DNA of 64,000 nucleotides from Saprospiraceae bacterium (lineage in GTDB: Bacteria > Bacteroidota > Bacteroidia > Chitinophagales > Saprospiraceae): positions 52,326 through 116,325 of the forward strand of contig JAJCYH010000018.1 of the NCBI GenBank assembly GCA_029262995.1. Direction: 5' to 3'. A program made the position numbers and the translations under genes. Within the stretch, counting starts at the first letter, position 1, and each line of letters starts with the position of its first letter. Of this stretch, positions 38,405-48,431 are shown piece by piece. The notes under the pieces were generated by a model. That model ran no database searches. It worked only from the letters and a program-made list of their open reading frames with translations, and was not told the origin of the DNA.

Positions 38405-39202
38405 TTAGTCTGCGCCAATAATACTCTGAAATCCTCTCATTAAACCATTTTCCGATTGATTAATGAATTCAAGAATCTGATTTCGCTCAACGCTTGAAGG
38501 ACATTCTTCTTTAATCATATCCAGGGCTTTACTTATTGACCAGCCTTTTACAAATAGTAATCTGTAAATATCTTGAATTCTATTTATAGCTTCAAGGCTA
38601 AAGCCCCTTCTTTCCAAGCCAATACGGTTGACGCCAATATAAGAGAGCGGTTCACGACCGGCTTTAACATAAGGCGGTACATTTTTTCGTACCAGACTTC
38701 CTCCTGAAATATATGCATGCTCTCCTATAGCAACAAATTGTTGTACAGCTGTCATACCACCTATACCAACATGCTCTCCAATAACTACATGACCAGCCAA
38801 ATTAACGGCATTGGCGATGATGCAGTTCTTTTTTATATGGCAATCATGAGCAACATGTACATATGCCATTAACAATGAATTAGACTCAACAATAGTCTTA
38901 CCATAAGCCTTTGTTCCTTTATTTATTGTACAACATTCTCTTATAGAAACATTGTCTCCTATTTCTACTATTGTCTTTTCACCTGCATATTTAAGATCTT
39001 GAGGAACAGCACCAATGACTGCGCCGGGGAATATTCGGCAGTTTTTTCCAACGATCACATCTTCGTAAATAACTGCATTGGAGCCTATCCAACTTCCTTC
39101 ACCTATACTAACACCGGAGCGTATACTCGCAAATGGTTCAATAGTCACATTAGGACCAATTTTGGCATCAGGGTGAACATAGTTTAATGGAAATTCCTGC
39201 AT
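38405..39202 (-). CDS. lpxA: Acyl-ACP--UDP-N-acetylglucosamine O-acyltransferase
   Basis: Left-handed beta-helix hexapeptide repeats plus an LpxA-like C-terminal helical domain. Last enzyme gene of the lpxD-lpxC/fabZ-lpxA cluster. Confidence 0.9.
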   Translation of the reverse strand: MQEFPLNYVHPDAKIGPNVTIEPFASIRSGVSIGEGSWIGSNAVIYEDVIVGKNCRIFPGAVIGAVPQDLKYAGEKTIVEIGDNVSIRECCTINKGTKAYGKTIVESNSLLMAYVHVAHDCHIKKNCIIANAVNLAGHVVIGEHVGIGGMTAVQQFVAIGEHAYISGGSLVRKNVPPYVKAGREPLSYIGVNRIGLERRGFSLEAINRIQDIYRLLFVKGWSISKALDMIKEECPSSVERNQILEFINQSENGLMRGFQSIIGAD

Positions 39203-40596
39203 TAATTCCTTTTAATAATCTGAGCTGTTAGCTCCCCTTCTGATGCAATTGAATCTCCGACATAAGCTGTTCCTTGCATATGAACAAGTCCTCTACGTAT
39301 GGGTGACAATAATTGCATTTTCAAAATAAGAGTATCTCCTGGTCTAACAACTTTTTTAAATTTGACATTATCCATCTTTACAAAATAAGTATCCCATTCA
39401 GTAGGGTTTTCTACTTGTGACAATGCCAGAATTCCACCTGTTTGCGCAAGTGCTTCCATCTGGAGAACACCAGGGAAAACTGGATTGCCAGGGAAATGCC
39501 CGAGGAAGAAACTTTCATCTCCCGTCACATTTTTAATGCCAACGACCAAATCGGATTGGATGTCAATAATTTTATCTACCAATAAAAAAGGATACCTGTG
39601 CGGAATAAAGCCCTTAATATCTTCATGTTCATATAGCGGCAGAACAGATGGGTCATAATTAGGCTTACCTTTAAGCTTCTTTTCCTTCATATGTTCCTCT
39701 CTGAAGAATTTGGCAAAAGCCACATTACCTGTATGCCCAGGTTTTTTCGCAATAATCGTTCCTTTTATTGGCTTTCGAAGAAGGTATAAATCCCCTAATA
39801 AATCCAAAAGTTTGTGCCTTGCTGGTTCATTTGGAAATTGTAATGTCAAACCATTAAGAATACCATTGTCAACAATGATTTCTTCGCTAACATTAAATTT
39901 AATTGCAAGCTCTTTGATCTTTTCAATAGAATAATCTTGATGACTAAAAACTATTGCATTATCTACTCGTCCACCTTTGATGACGCCACGCTTTTGTAAT
40001 TCTTCCAATTCATTTACAAAAACAAAAGTTCTAGAAGGAGCAATATCTGTTTTGTAGTCAACTGAATTGTTAAATATTGCTACTTGCCTTCCAACTTTTG
40101 CACTGTATTCTATTATGGATGTAATTTCAGAATCCTTGTGATCTTCTACAGGAAAGTAATAATATTCAGCTCCGCTGGTTGGGTCTTTAAACTGAAGCTG
40201 TTTGCTGATTTCCAATAATTCCCTTTCTCCTTCCTGCTCTATTGTACCTACCTTTAATATTTCATTTACAAAAGGCATGGCACTTCCATCTAATATTGGA
40301 ATTTCAGGCCCCGACAACTCAATTCTAGCATTATCAATACCAAGACCATATAAGGCACTTAACAAGTGCTCTGTTGTATATATAAATACGTCACCAGACT
40401 TTATTGTGGTGCTTCTGTACGTTGAATCTACATTGGTAATAGATGCTGGGATTTCTGGTTTAGACTCCAAATCTGTTCTGACAAAGTAGATGCCTTTGCC
40501 TTCCTTGGCAGGTAGACAAACCATCTCGGCTAACTTACCTGTATGAAGTCCTATCCCTTCTAACTTAAATTCTCCTGCTATCGTTTTTTGCTTCAT
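39202..40596 (-). CDS. lpxC/fabZ: Bifunctional UDP-3-O-acyl-GlcNAc deacetylase / 3-hydroxyacyl-ACP dehydratase
   Basis: LpxC-like N-terminal half ([22 protein letters not shown]) fused to a FabZ hot-dog domain ([21 protein letters not shown]). This fusion is characteristic of Bacteroidota. Confidence 0.92.
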   Translation of the reverse strand: MKQKTIAGEFKLEGIGLHTGKLAEMVCLPAKEGKGIYFVRTDLESKPEIPASITNVDSTYRSTTIKSGDVFIYTTEHLLSALYGLGIDNARIELSGPEIPILDGSAMPFVNEILKVGTIEQEGERELLEISKQLQFKDPTSGAEYYYFPVEDHKDSEITSIIEYSAKVGRQVAIFNNSVDYKTDIAPSRTFVFVNELEELQKRGVIKGGRVDNAIVFSHQDYSIEKIKELAIKFNVSEEIIVDNGILNGLTLQFPNEPARHKLLDLLGDLYLLRKPIKGTIIAKKPGHTGNVAFAKFFREEHMKEKKLKGKPNYDPSVLPLYEHEDIKGFIPHRYPFLLVDKIIDIQSDLVVGIKNVTGDESFFLGHFPGNPVFPGVLQMEALAQTGGILALSQVENPTEWDTYFVKMDNVKFKKVVRPGDTLILKMQLLSPIRRGLVHMQGTAYVGDSIASEGELTAQIIKRN

Positions 40597-41639
40597 AATT
40601 TATCAGCCTGATCTGAAAGTTCTTCAAGGCGTTTTTCCAATTTATTTATGCGGCTTTGAAGGTCGGGTAAATTCTTGTATATAGCAAAAGATTTTAGATA
40701 ATTATTGTAGTCTATAGCAGGTGATCCATACCACTTTGTATCAGAAGATTTAACGCTTTTGGTCATTCCGCTTTGCGCTTGAATCAATGTCCTATCAGCA
40801 ATATGAATATGACCTACGATGCCAGCCTGTCCGCCAATTTGACAATTGGAACCAACTTTTGTACTTCCTGCAATACCGGATTGAGCTGCCAAAACAGTGT
40901 TCTTTCCGATTTCAACATTGTGGGCAATCTGGATTAGATTATCCAACTTTACGCCTTTTCGAATTACAGTAGAGCCCATTGTTGCGCGATCGATAACCGT
41001 ATTCGAACCAATTTCAACTTCATCTTCAACGATAACATTACCGATTTGTGGTATTTTTTTAAAAGACCCATCTTTTAAAGGTGCAAAACCAAATCCATCA
41101 GCACCTATAACAGCATTAGAGTGGATAATGCAGTTATCTCCGATCAAACAATCTTTATAAATTATGACGCCTGGATAAATGATACAATTGTCTCCGATTC
41201 TAACATTTTTGCCTATAAATACATGAGAATATATCTGTGTTTTGGAGCCAACATTTGCTCCACTTTCAACAACTGAAAATGCTCCTATTGAACTGCTTTT
41301 GTGAACAATAGCATTCTTTGAAATACTTGCAAAAGGAGATACTTCTGTATCTACAAGATTCATTTCACCAAACAGGTTTAATAATTCTGCTAATGAAGCA
41401 TATACATTATCAACTGCGATTACAGGCACATCAAAATCTATATTACTCCATTCTTTGGATAGTAATATAGCTGAAGCATTTGTAGCTTTAGCTTTATCAA
41501 GATACCTATCATTGGATAGAAAGGTTATTTGTCCTTTTTGAGCTGAAACAATATCAGAAGCACCATTTATCTCAATCGTTCCATCTCCACGTACTGTGCC
41601 TCCTATTTGTTTTGCAATATTTTCAACTGTGATAATCAT
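40593..41639 (-). CDS. lpxD: UDP-3-O-(3-hydroxyacyl)glucosamine N-acyltransferase
   Basis: N-terminal LpxD domain, long hexapeptide-repeat region, C-terminal coiled coil. Overlaps lpxC/fabZ by 4 nt. Confidence 0.9.
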   Translation of the reverse strand: MIITVENIAKQIGGTVRGDGTIEINGASDIVSAQKGQITFLSNDRYLDKAKATNASAILLSKEWSNIDFDVPVIAVDNVYASLAELLNLFGEMNLVDTEVSPFASISKNAIVHKSSSIGAFSVVESGANVGSKTQIYSHVFIGKNVRIGDNCIIYPGVIIYKDCLIGDNCIIHSNAVIGADGFGFAPLKDGSFKKIPQIGNVIVEDEVEIGSNTVIDRATMGSTVIRKGVKLDNLIQIAHNVEIGKNTVLAAQSGIAGSTKVGSNCQIGGQAGIVGHIHIADRTLIQAQSGMTKSVKSSDTKWYGSPAIDYNNYLKSFAIYKNLPDLQSRINKLEKRLEELSDQADKL

Positions 41640-41927
41640 GTATTTGTTCTAATTAGATTGAAGATCAAAACACCATCTTTAACTTGGCAAGTTTTATACC
41701 ATCTTATTATATAACTTTCTTCACTAAAAGAAAAGTTATCATTAAGATTTAACAAGACTCAGAGTTTTTATAATAATAGTCAGAAAAATTACTAAATAAC
41801 ATAGAAATATGTCTGCACCAACAATTCTTGCTTCAAAACCGGTCATTCTAGCCTGCGAAAATAATGCTTACTCCTGAGATTTGTAATTATTCTTGAATTG
41901 AAGCACATTTGCATTGCAAATATAGAA

Positions 41928-42830
41928 ATGAATAAAAAACTCATAATTGGTACCAGAGGAAGCAAGTTAGCCCTTTGGCAAGCTTATCACCTTCAAAGTG
42001 AATTGAAAAATGCAGGTTTTGAGTCAGAACTCCACATTATCAAAACCAAAGGTGATATTGTTCAGCATTTAAGCTTTGATAAGATTGAAGGAAAAGGGTT
42101 TTTTACCAAAGAAATAGAAAATGCTTTATTGGACGAATCTGTGGACATTGCAGTGCATTCATTAAAGGACATGCCAACGGAATCTACAAAGGAACTCGTT
42201 CTAGCTGGTCTAAGTTATCGTGAAGACCCATCTGATCTGCTCATTATACGCAAAGACAGCATAGAAGAGGGTCGTTTACTACAGCTTAAAAAGAATGCTG
42301 TTATTGGAACTTCGTCTATACGAAGAAAGTCCCAGATTCAACATCTGTTAAAAGAAATCACTATTAAAGATTTAAGAGGAAATGTTCCAACCAGAATTGA
42401 AAAACTACGTTCTGGAGAATATGATGCCATAATTCTTGCCAGTGCTGGAATTCGAAGGCTTGAAATAAACTTAGAGGACTTAAACTGTATCAGGTTAAAT
42501 CCTAAAGAATTTATACCAGCTCCAGGACAAGGTGTAGTCGTTTTTCAATGCAGAGAAAAAGATTTGAATGCTCGAAAAATCCTTGATAAAATTCATCACA
42601 GAGAAGTTGCTCTTTGTAGCAATGTAGAACGCAAGGTTCTTCAACTTATGGATGGAGGATGTCACACACCTCTGGGCGTCTACTGTCAAATGGATAAACA
42701 AGGCAATTATCATTCTTATGCCTCTTATTCCAAAAATGCTGAGGATAAACTTATACACTTCAATTTGTCTCAAAGCACTAGTTATCAACTTGCTGAAAAG
42801 ATTGTAGAAAAATTAAAACAAGGAAAATAA
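41928..42830 (+). CDS. hemC: Hydroxymethylbilane synthase (porphobilinogen deaminase)
   Basis: IIGTRGSKLALWQA, RGNVPTRIEKL and a C-terminal dipyrromethane Cys region (GGCHTPLG). I chose the ATG at 41928 over the upstream TTG. Confidence 0.9.
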   Translation: MNKKLIIGTRGSKLALWQAYHLQSELKNAGFESELHIIKTKGDIVQHLSFDKIEGKGFFTKEIENALLDESVDIAVHSLKDMPTESTKELVLAGLSYREDPSDLLIIRKDSIEEGRLLQLKKNAVIGTSSIRRKSQIQHLLKEITIKDLRGNVPTRIEKLRSGEYDAIILASAGIRRLEINLEDLNCIRLNPKEFIPAPGQGVVVFQCREKDLNARKILDKIHHREVALCSNVERKVLQLMDGGCHTPLGVYCQMDKQGNYHSYASYSKNAEDKLIHFNLSQSTSYQLAEKIVEKLKQGK

Positions 42831-42831
42831 T

Positions 42832-43425
42832 ATGTATTTAATATTTGATTGTTCAGGTATAAACAAACCTAAAAATTGGAAAGCTCCATTCTCCGATACA
42901 TTTGCATGGCCAAGAATGATTCATCTATCATGGATCATTTTGGACAAAGAACTCAATCCTATTGATGACTATGATCATATTATTATTCCCGAAGGGTTTT
43001 CATTTGATTCCAATATTGAAAAATTTTGCAGGATTGACCAGGATGATATCGACAACAAAGGTGCCCCACTCGAAAAAGTATTAGAAGCATTTGAAAAAAG
43101 CCTGCAGCAAGTTGACTTTGTGTTTGCTCACAATATGAATTTCAATGAAAATGTAATCGCTGCTGAATTTTTAAGAAAGGGAATCAAACATTCATTATTC
43201 CAGAAAGAACGATTTTGTATTATGCAGGAAAGCACTTTTTTCTGTAAACTTCCAAGCAAAACTGGTGGCTACAAATGGCCCAGTTTGACTCAGCTTCATT
43301 CCATTATATTTCAAAAATCTTACTCCCCTCCAAATAATGCGAGAGCAGATGTAATTGCTGCAACAAGGTGCTTTAAAGCTTTAATGATCTCTGGTCAATT
43401 TGAGGACCTCTTTGATGAAGAATAA
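42832..43425 (+). CDS. DnaQ-like (DEDDh-fold) exonuclease homologue with substituted catalytic residues
   Basis: Motif spacing resembles Exo I/II/III: FDCSG instead of D-x-E, AHNMNFNENV instead of HN..FD, NNARADV instead of H-x-A-x-x-D. Confidence 0.45.
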   Translation: MYLIFDCSGINKPKNWKAPFSDTFAWPRMIHLSWIILDKELNPIDDYDHIIIPEGFSFDSNIEKFCRIDQDDIDNKGAPLEKVLEAFEKSLQQVDFVFAHNMNFNENVIAAEFLRKGIKHSLFQKERFCIMQESTFFCKLPSKTGGYKWPSLTQLHSIIFQKSYSPPNNARADVIAATRCFKALMISGQFEDLFDEE

Positions 43426-43428
43426 ATA

Positions 43429-44097
43429 ATGACAAAGCGAATCTTTATATCTCGTAAATTGCTTTCAGACTCTCCATTTCATGATCTGATCAGTGAGGGA
43501 ATAGAAATTTATGATGACTCCTTGATTGAGTTCAATGCCTTGGATTTCAAGCTGCCTAAAAAAATGTATCAAAATCTTTTCTTTTACAGCAAAAAGGGAA
43601 TCTTCTATTTTTTTAATTCTCAAAAATATGATCCCAACATCTCTTATGGTGTAATGGGTGAATCAAGTGCAATCTATTTTAAAAATATTACTGGACATAA
43701 ACCAGAGTTTGTTGGTCAAGGCAGTCCCAAAGAAACTGCTGATTCATTATTAACTAAAATTAAGGGACAAAACATTCTATTTGTCAAAGCAAAAAACTCA
43801 ATTTCAAGCATACAAAAAAAATTGGATGGAAATGTTCAATCAGACGACTTAGAGGTTTATAGTAATGATCCTAAAATCAAATTTGAACTGCCTAATTGTG
43901 ATATTCTAATTTTCACAAGTCCACTTAATGTAAGGACATATTATTCAATGTATCATGATAGAGGTGAACAGGTCCTAGCAATTGGCTCAACGACTTTTAA
44001 AGCCATATTTGAATGCATCCACAGAAAAGTTAAGTATCCAGAAACAGCTTCTGAGTATTCATTGTATAATCTCGTAAAATCATGTCTTATCTCTTAG
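43429..44097 (+). CDS. hemD: Uroporphyrinogen-III synthase
   Basis: Size of about 220 aa. It has the weakly conserved HemD pattern (IFISR..., ILIFTSPLNVRTY) and sits downstream of hemC. Confidence 0.6.
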   Translation: MTKRIFISRKLLSDSPFHDLISEGIEIYDDSLIEFNALDFKLPKKMYQNLFFYSKKGIFYFFNSQKYDPNISYGVMGESSAIYFKNITGHKPEFVGQGSPKETADSLLTKIKGQNILFVKAKNSISSIQKKLDGNVQSDDLEVYSNDPKIKFELPNCDILIFTSPLNVRTYYSMYHDRGEQVLAIGSTTFKAIFECIHRKVKYPETASEYSLYNLVKSCLIS

Positions 44098-44106
44098 TCG
44101 TAATGC

Positions 44107-44673
44107 TTAACTAAGTATATCGTAAATTCTGTTAAAGATGTCATCCATGCTACCCATTCCATCTACTTTATTTGAAACACCTTGCTCGTTATAATAATTA
44201 AATACTGGACTGGTCTTTTCCAAATATTCTTCTATTCGATTACGAATAATCTCTTCATTTTGGTCATCTGGTCTTTTTGATGTTTTACCTCTTTCCAACA
44301 GACGATTGACGATTTCATCATCATTTACATCTAAGGCAATTAAGTGTGTAATTTTCGTATTACGCTTCTTTAGGATCTCATCGAGTGCTTCAGCCTGTGC
44401 AAGCGTTCGAGGGAATCCATCAAAAATATATCCGGCTGGGTTCTGACTTTGATCCAATTTGTTGTCCAACATACCAATCGTCACTTCATCAGGAACGAGA
44501 TTTCCCTGATTCATATATTCCTTGGCCTTCTTACCTAAAACCGTTTCATTTCCAATTTCATCACGAAACAAATCTCCAGTAGAGATATGAGTTAAATCGA
44601 ATTTTTCAACTATTGTTTGAGCTTGAGTACCCTTACCTGAACCTGGAGGTCCAAATATTATTAAATTAATCAT
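44107..44673 (-). CDS. adk: Adenylate kinase (short-lid form)
   Basis: MINLIIFGPPGSGKGTQA, GDLFR, GFPRTLAQAEAL. Confidence 0.95.
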   Translation of the reverse strand: MINLIIFGPPGSGKGTQAQTIVEKFDLTHISTGDLFRDEIGNETVLGKKAKEYMNQGNLVPDEVTIGMLDNKLDQSQNPAGYIFDGFPRTLAQAEALDEILKKRNTKITHLIALDVNDDEIVNRLLERGKTSKRPDDQNEEIIRNRIEEYLEKTSPVFNYYNEQGVSNKVDGMGSMDDIFNRIYDILS

Positions 44674-44734
44674 ATTGAATCTAGTTATTGTAAAAGTAAC
44701 ACTTATAGTATATGCAAAGTTTGTGCGAAAATAC

Positions 44735-45190
44735 TCAAAAGTGACTCTTAATCACTACTATTCGTGAGTTCCAGTAGTTAGAATGGGTAATTTCTTCAGA
44801 AATTACACCTTTTGAGCTTGAAGAATGGATCATCCAAATGCCCTTTTTGTTCTTTCTGTTAATGACACCAACATGGCTTATTTTCTTTTTGTTGGCAAAA
44901 AATATCAAATCTCCGACTTTGCACTTTTTAAGAGATACTTTTTTCCCTTGTCGTGATTGGAGATTTGAACTTGCTGCGAGATTGATTTTGCATGCTTTTG
45001 AATAAACATACCTTGTAAAACCAGAACAATCAAAACCAGATGGCTTTTTTCCACCGAATCTATATTGTGTTTCTATTAGCGATTCCGCAAGTTTGACCAC
45101 TTCCTTTCTATGATTTTCTTTTGTATTAAAAAATGTAAGAGGATAGATCTCATGTGAAATTACAAAGAGTAGAAGTAAAACATATCTCAT
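44735..45190 (-). CDS. NlpC/P60 family cell-wall peptidase
   Basis: Catalytic FDCSGFTRYVY and HVGV motifs. I chose the start at MRYVLLLLF (signal peptide) because the longer track ORF runs through the rplY terminator. Confidence 0.8.
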   Translation of the reverse strand: MRYVLLLLFVISHEIYPLTFFNTKENHRKEVVKLAESLIETQYRFGGKKPSGFDCSGFTRYVYSKACKINLAASSNLQSRQGKKVSLKKCKVGDLIFFANKKKISHVGVINRKNKKGIWMIHSSSSKGVISEEITHSNYWNSRIVVIKSHF

Positions 45191-45252
45191 AAAACAATGT
45201 ATGATAAACCGTATAACGAACGGAAAAAAGAAGTCTCTTATTCTAATACAAC

Positions 45253-45282
45253 AAAAAAAACCCAAAGAAAATTTCCTTGGGT
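45253..45282 (-). terminator. Rho-independent terminator after rplY
   Basis: The minus strand reads ACCCAAGG-aaatttt-CTTTGGGT followed by TTTTTTTT. Confidence 0.8.
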
Positions 45283-45314
45283 CTTGTATATTATTAGCGA
45301 AAAGCTTTTAAGAC

Positions 45315-45905
45315 CTAGCTCTCAACTTCTTCTACTTCTTCAGTTATTGCTGTAACACTCTTAAGTGCTCTTGGTACCTCAACATTAGCAACAGGAATAC
45401 TTTTATTAGCCATCAATTCAATTCCTTCTTTGATTTCTATATCTTTTACTCTTACTGATCCACCAAGTTCTAGTTTTGAAATATCTATGAATAATTCATC
45501 TACCAAGTCTTTTGGATCAAGCTTAACTTTTACCTTTCTCATTGATTGTAAAAGTTTACCACCAGATTTAACTCCAGGAGAAATCCCCTTAAATCTTACA
45601 GGTATTTCAATTTTAATTTTTCTTCCATCTTCAACTTCCAGAAAATCAATATGCTCAATAGCGTCTGTTACTGGGTGAAATTGAACGTTTTTTACAATTG
45701 CTTTATACTTCTTCCCTGCAATATCTAACTCCGCAAGTTTAAAGTCGCCTGTATAAATAATATGTTTAACATCGTTTACAGTTGTTGAAATAGCAATATT
45801 TTCTTTACCTCCATAAAGGATGGCAGGAATTTTACTCTCTTTTCTTATAACAGATGCTTTAACATTTACATCTCTTCCTTCTGCTTGAATAGTTACAATA
45901 TTCAT
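45315..45905 (-). CDS. rplY: 50S ribosomal protein L25 / general stress protein Ctc
   Basis: 196-aa long-form L25 (IPAILYGG...) with an acidic tail, downstream of prs as in many bacteria. Confidence 0.9.
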   Translation of the reverse strand: MNIVTIQAEGRDVNVKASVIRKESKIPAILYGGKENIAISTTVNDVKHIIYTGDFKLAELDIAGKKYKAIVKNVQFHPVTDAIEHIDFLEVEDGRKIKIEIPVRFKGISPGVKSGGKLLQSMRKVKVKLDPKDLVDELFIDISKLELGGSVRVKDIEIKEGIELMANKSIPVANVEVPRALKSVTAITEEVEEVES

Positions 45906-45991
45906 TTTCTTATGTTTAATTGTTCATTGATAAATCCAATATTTATCAAAAGGTGTGCAAAGATACGAAAGAAAATTCGATTCTTGCAATA

Positions 45992-46924
45992 TTATTTATC
46001 AACAAATAAAGCTGAAATAGACTTAAATTCATGTGTATTCCTGATTGCTTTAGCAAATAACTTTGCACAAGACAGTACTCTAATCTTTTTTGACTTTTTC
46101 GCCAAAGGGATAGTATCCGTTACAATCAGCTCAGTCAAAACAGAGTTTTCTATATTTTCATATGCGTTTCCAGATAATACAGGGTGCGTAGCTAAAGCCC
46201 TAACACTTTTTGCACCTTTATCCAAAATAGATTGTGCAGCCTTGCATAGTGTACCTGCAGTATCTACTAAATCATCAACCAAAATAACATCTGCACCAGC
46301 TACTTCTCCAATAACTGTCATGCTTTCAACCTTATTTGCTACTTTTCTTACCTTATCACAAATAACCAAGTCACATTCAAAATATTTTGCAAAACTCCTT
46401 GCACGCTTTACGCCTCCAACATCAGGACTTGCAAAAATGACATTCGTTAATTTTTGCTCTGCCAAAAAAGGCATAAAAATGGCCTCTCCTTTCAAGTGAT
46501 CCACAGGAATATCAAAAAAGCCTTGAATTTGATCTGCATGTAAATCCATTGTAACTATCCGATCAGCACCAGCAGCTTGCAATAGATTGGCGATTAGCTT
46601 TGCAGAAATTGGAACTCTTGGTTTATCTTTTCTATCTTGTCTAGCATATCCAAAATAAGGAATGACTGCTGTAATATATCCAGCAGATGCACGCTTTGCA
46701 GAATCAATTAGGAGCAACAACTCCATCAGGTTATCTGATGGGGCACTGGTCGTTTGGATAAAAAACACATAGGATCCCCGCACTGATTCGGTAATAACGG
46801 TTTGCATTTCTCCGTCGCTAAATCTGTTGATTTGCAATCGACCAAGTGGTTCTCCATAAAAGTCGGCTATCTTTTCAGATAAATATTTTGAGTTGGCCCC
46901 TGAAAAGAGTTTTACATCTACCAT
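45992..46924 (-). CDS. prs: Ribose-phosphate diphosphokinase
   Basis: Motifs FSDGE, YARQDRK, DLHADQIQGFF and the PRPP loop ILVDDLVDTAGT. Confidence 0.95.
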   Translation of the reverse strand: MVDVKLFSGANSKYLSEKIADFYGEPLGRLQINRFSDGEMQTVITESVRGSYVFFIQTTSAPSDNLMELLLLIDSAKRASAGYITAVIPYFGYARQDRKDKPRVPISAKLIANLLQAAGADRIVTMDLHADQIQGFFDIPVDHLKGEAIFMPFLAEQKLTNVIFASPDVGGVKRARSFAKYFECDLVICDKVRKVANKVESMTVIGEVAGADVILVDDLVDTAGTLCKAAQSILDKGAKSVRALATHPVLSGNAYENIENSVLTELIVTDTIPLAKKSKKIRVLSCAKLFAKAIRNTHEFKSISALFVDK

Positions 46925-47008
46925 AATTATAGGATATCTTTGGCTGCGAAAATAAGAAAGCTAAAGCACAATTGCCTCTTATACATGATGATTTGATTAA
47001 ATAATAGA

Positions 47009-47908
47009 TTGAAAAAAAATCTCCGCAACGATTCTGCCTTGGCATGGTTACTTCTGATTATACTTAGTGTTATTTGGGGGAGTTCATTTATTCTGATAAA
47101 AAAAGCTTTGGTTAGCTTTACCGCCTTAGAAGTTGGTGCCGCAAGAGTCTCTATATCGTTCCTTGCTTTCTTACCGCTTTTTATCAAATATTTCAAGGAA
47201 ATCCCATGGCATAAATACAAGGCTTTCATTGTGGTCGGTGTCTGTGGTAGTGGATTACCAGCCTTCCTTTATGCAATAGGACAAACAGAAATTCCAAGCA
47301 GTATAGCTGGTGTAATAAACAGTTTAACGCCTGTTTTTACCCTTATCTTGGCTATACTTTTCTTCAATGGGAAACTGATTAAAAAACAACTTTTTGGGAT
47401 TATCCTAAGCATTCTTGGTGTTCTCATGTTGTTTTTCATCAAAAGAGAGGGTCAAATTGCCTTTCCGATTGGAATGAGCCTTCTTCTGGTTTTAGCCACA
47501 ATTTCTTACGCCGTCAGTGCAAATACATTAAGCAAATATTTAAGCTCCGTCAGACCAACTGTTATTAGCGTCATTTCATTTACAATACTTGGGCCCTTCA
47601 TGTTAGCCTATTTACTAAGCACTGATTTTATAAGTCATATCACTGAAACTGAACATGGCTGGAATTCACTTATGGCTGTTTCCGCACTTTCCCTGCTAGG
47701 AACATTTCTGGCCAATATTTTATTTTTTCGATTAATACAATTGACAGATGCTGTATTTGCATCATCAGTGAGTTTCGTTATTCCTATTGTCGCTCTTTTG
47801 TGGGGTATTGTAGACGGTGAAATAATTACAATTTTTCACTTTCTTGCCCTACTGTTTATACTGGGAGGTGTATTCCTAGTTAAAAGTTTCAAACATAAAT
47901 CCCTTTAG
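47009..47908 (+). CDS. EamA/DMT-family transporter
   Basis: Ten predicted TM helices in two EamA-like halves. TTG start. Confidence 0.75.
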   Translation: MKKNLRNDSALAWLLLIILSVIWGSSFILIKKALVSFTALEVGAARVSISFLAFLPLFIKYFKEIPWHKYKAFIVVGVCGSGLPAFLYAIGQTEIPSSIAGVINSLTPVFTLILAILFFNGKLIKKQLFGIILSILGVLMLFFIKREGQIAFPIGMSLLLVLATISYAVSANTLSKYLSSVRPTVISVISFTILGPFMLAYLLSTDFISHITETEHGWNSLMAVSALSLLGTFLANILFFRLIQLTDAVFASSVSFVIPIVALLWGIVDGEIITIFHFLALLFILGGVFLVKSFKHKSL

Positions 47909-47909
47909 C

Positions 47910-48431
47910 TTATTTTGGATTACTATACCAAGTCTTATATTTCACGTAAGCTTCGGCCGTTCTTTTAATATACATTTGAGCCATATAATCATCAATGGGT
48001 TTTAGTTTTTTTGCTGGAGTACCTGCATAAATAAATCCTGATTCCAATTTTGCGCCTGAAGTCACTAATGCTCCTGCTGCAATAATGGTATGAGATGGAA
48101 TAACAATATCATCTAGTATAATTGCACCCATTCCTATTAAGACATCAGATTCAATTTGACAGCCATGAATGATTGCCCGATGACCAACACTTACACGATC
48201 CTTTAGGATTGTATCACCACGTCCAATTGTTCCATGGACTACAGCACCGTCTTGAATATTACAATCCTTCCCAATTCTAATTTTATTTACATCTCCACGA
48301 ATGACAACTTGAAACCAAATACTAGAGTTCTCCCCTACTTCAACATCACCTGTTATTGTAGCATTTTCTGCCACCCATACTGAAGAATGAATACGTGGTT
48401 CAATACCATTTACCTTAATTAAATTAGCCAT
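47910..48431 (-). CDS. Gamma-carbonic-anhydrase-like hexapeptide-repeat protein
   Basis: 173-aa left-handed beta-helix protein. Its ENSSIWFQVVIRGDVNKIRIG and HG blocks are typical of the YrdA/PaaY group. Confidence 0.8.
   Translation of the reverse strand: MANLIKVNGIEPRIHSSVWVAENATITGDVEVGENSSIWFQVVIRGDVNKIRIGKDCNIQDGAVVHGTIGRGDTILKDRVSVGHRAIIHGCQIESDVLIGMGAIILDDIVIPSHTIIAAGALVTSGAKLESGFIYAGTPAKKLKPIDDYMAQMYIKRTAEAYVKYKTWYSNPK

Noticed and set aside
41809-41877. 22-codon upstream ORF (MSAPTILASKPVILACENNAYS) in the 288-nt lpxD/hemC intergenic region
   Set aside because: It is too short to evaluate without comparative data, and I recognise no leader-peptide logic. It is noted only because the region is locally less AT-rich.
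45191-45265. Longer start for the NlpC/P60 ORF
   Set aside because: The extra 25 codons run through the rplY terminator hairpin and T-run. The second Met gives a normal signal peptide.
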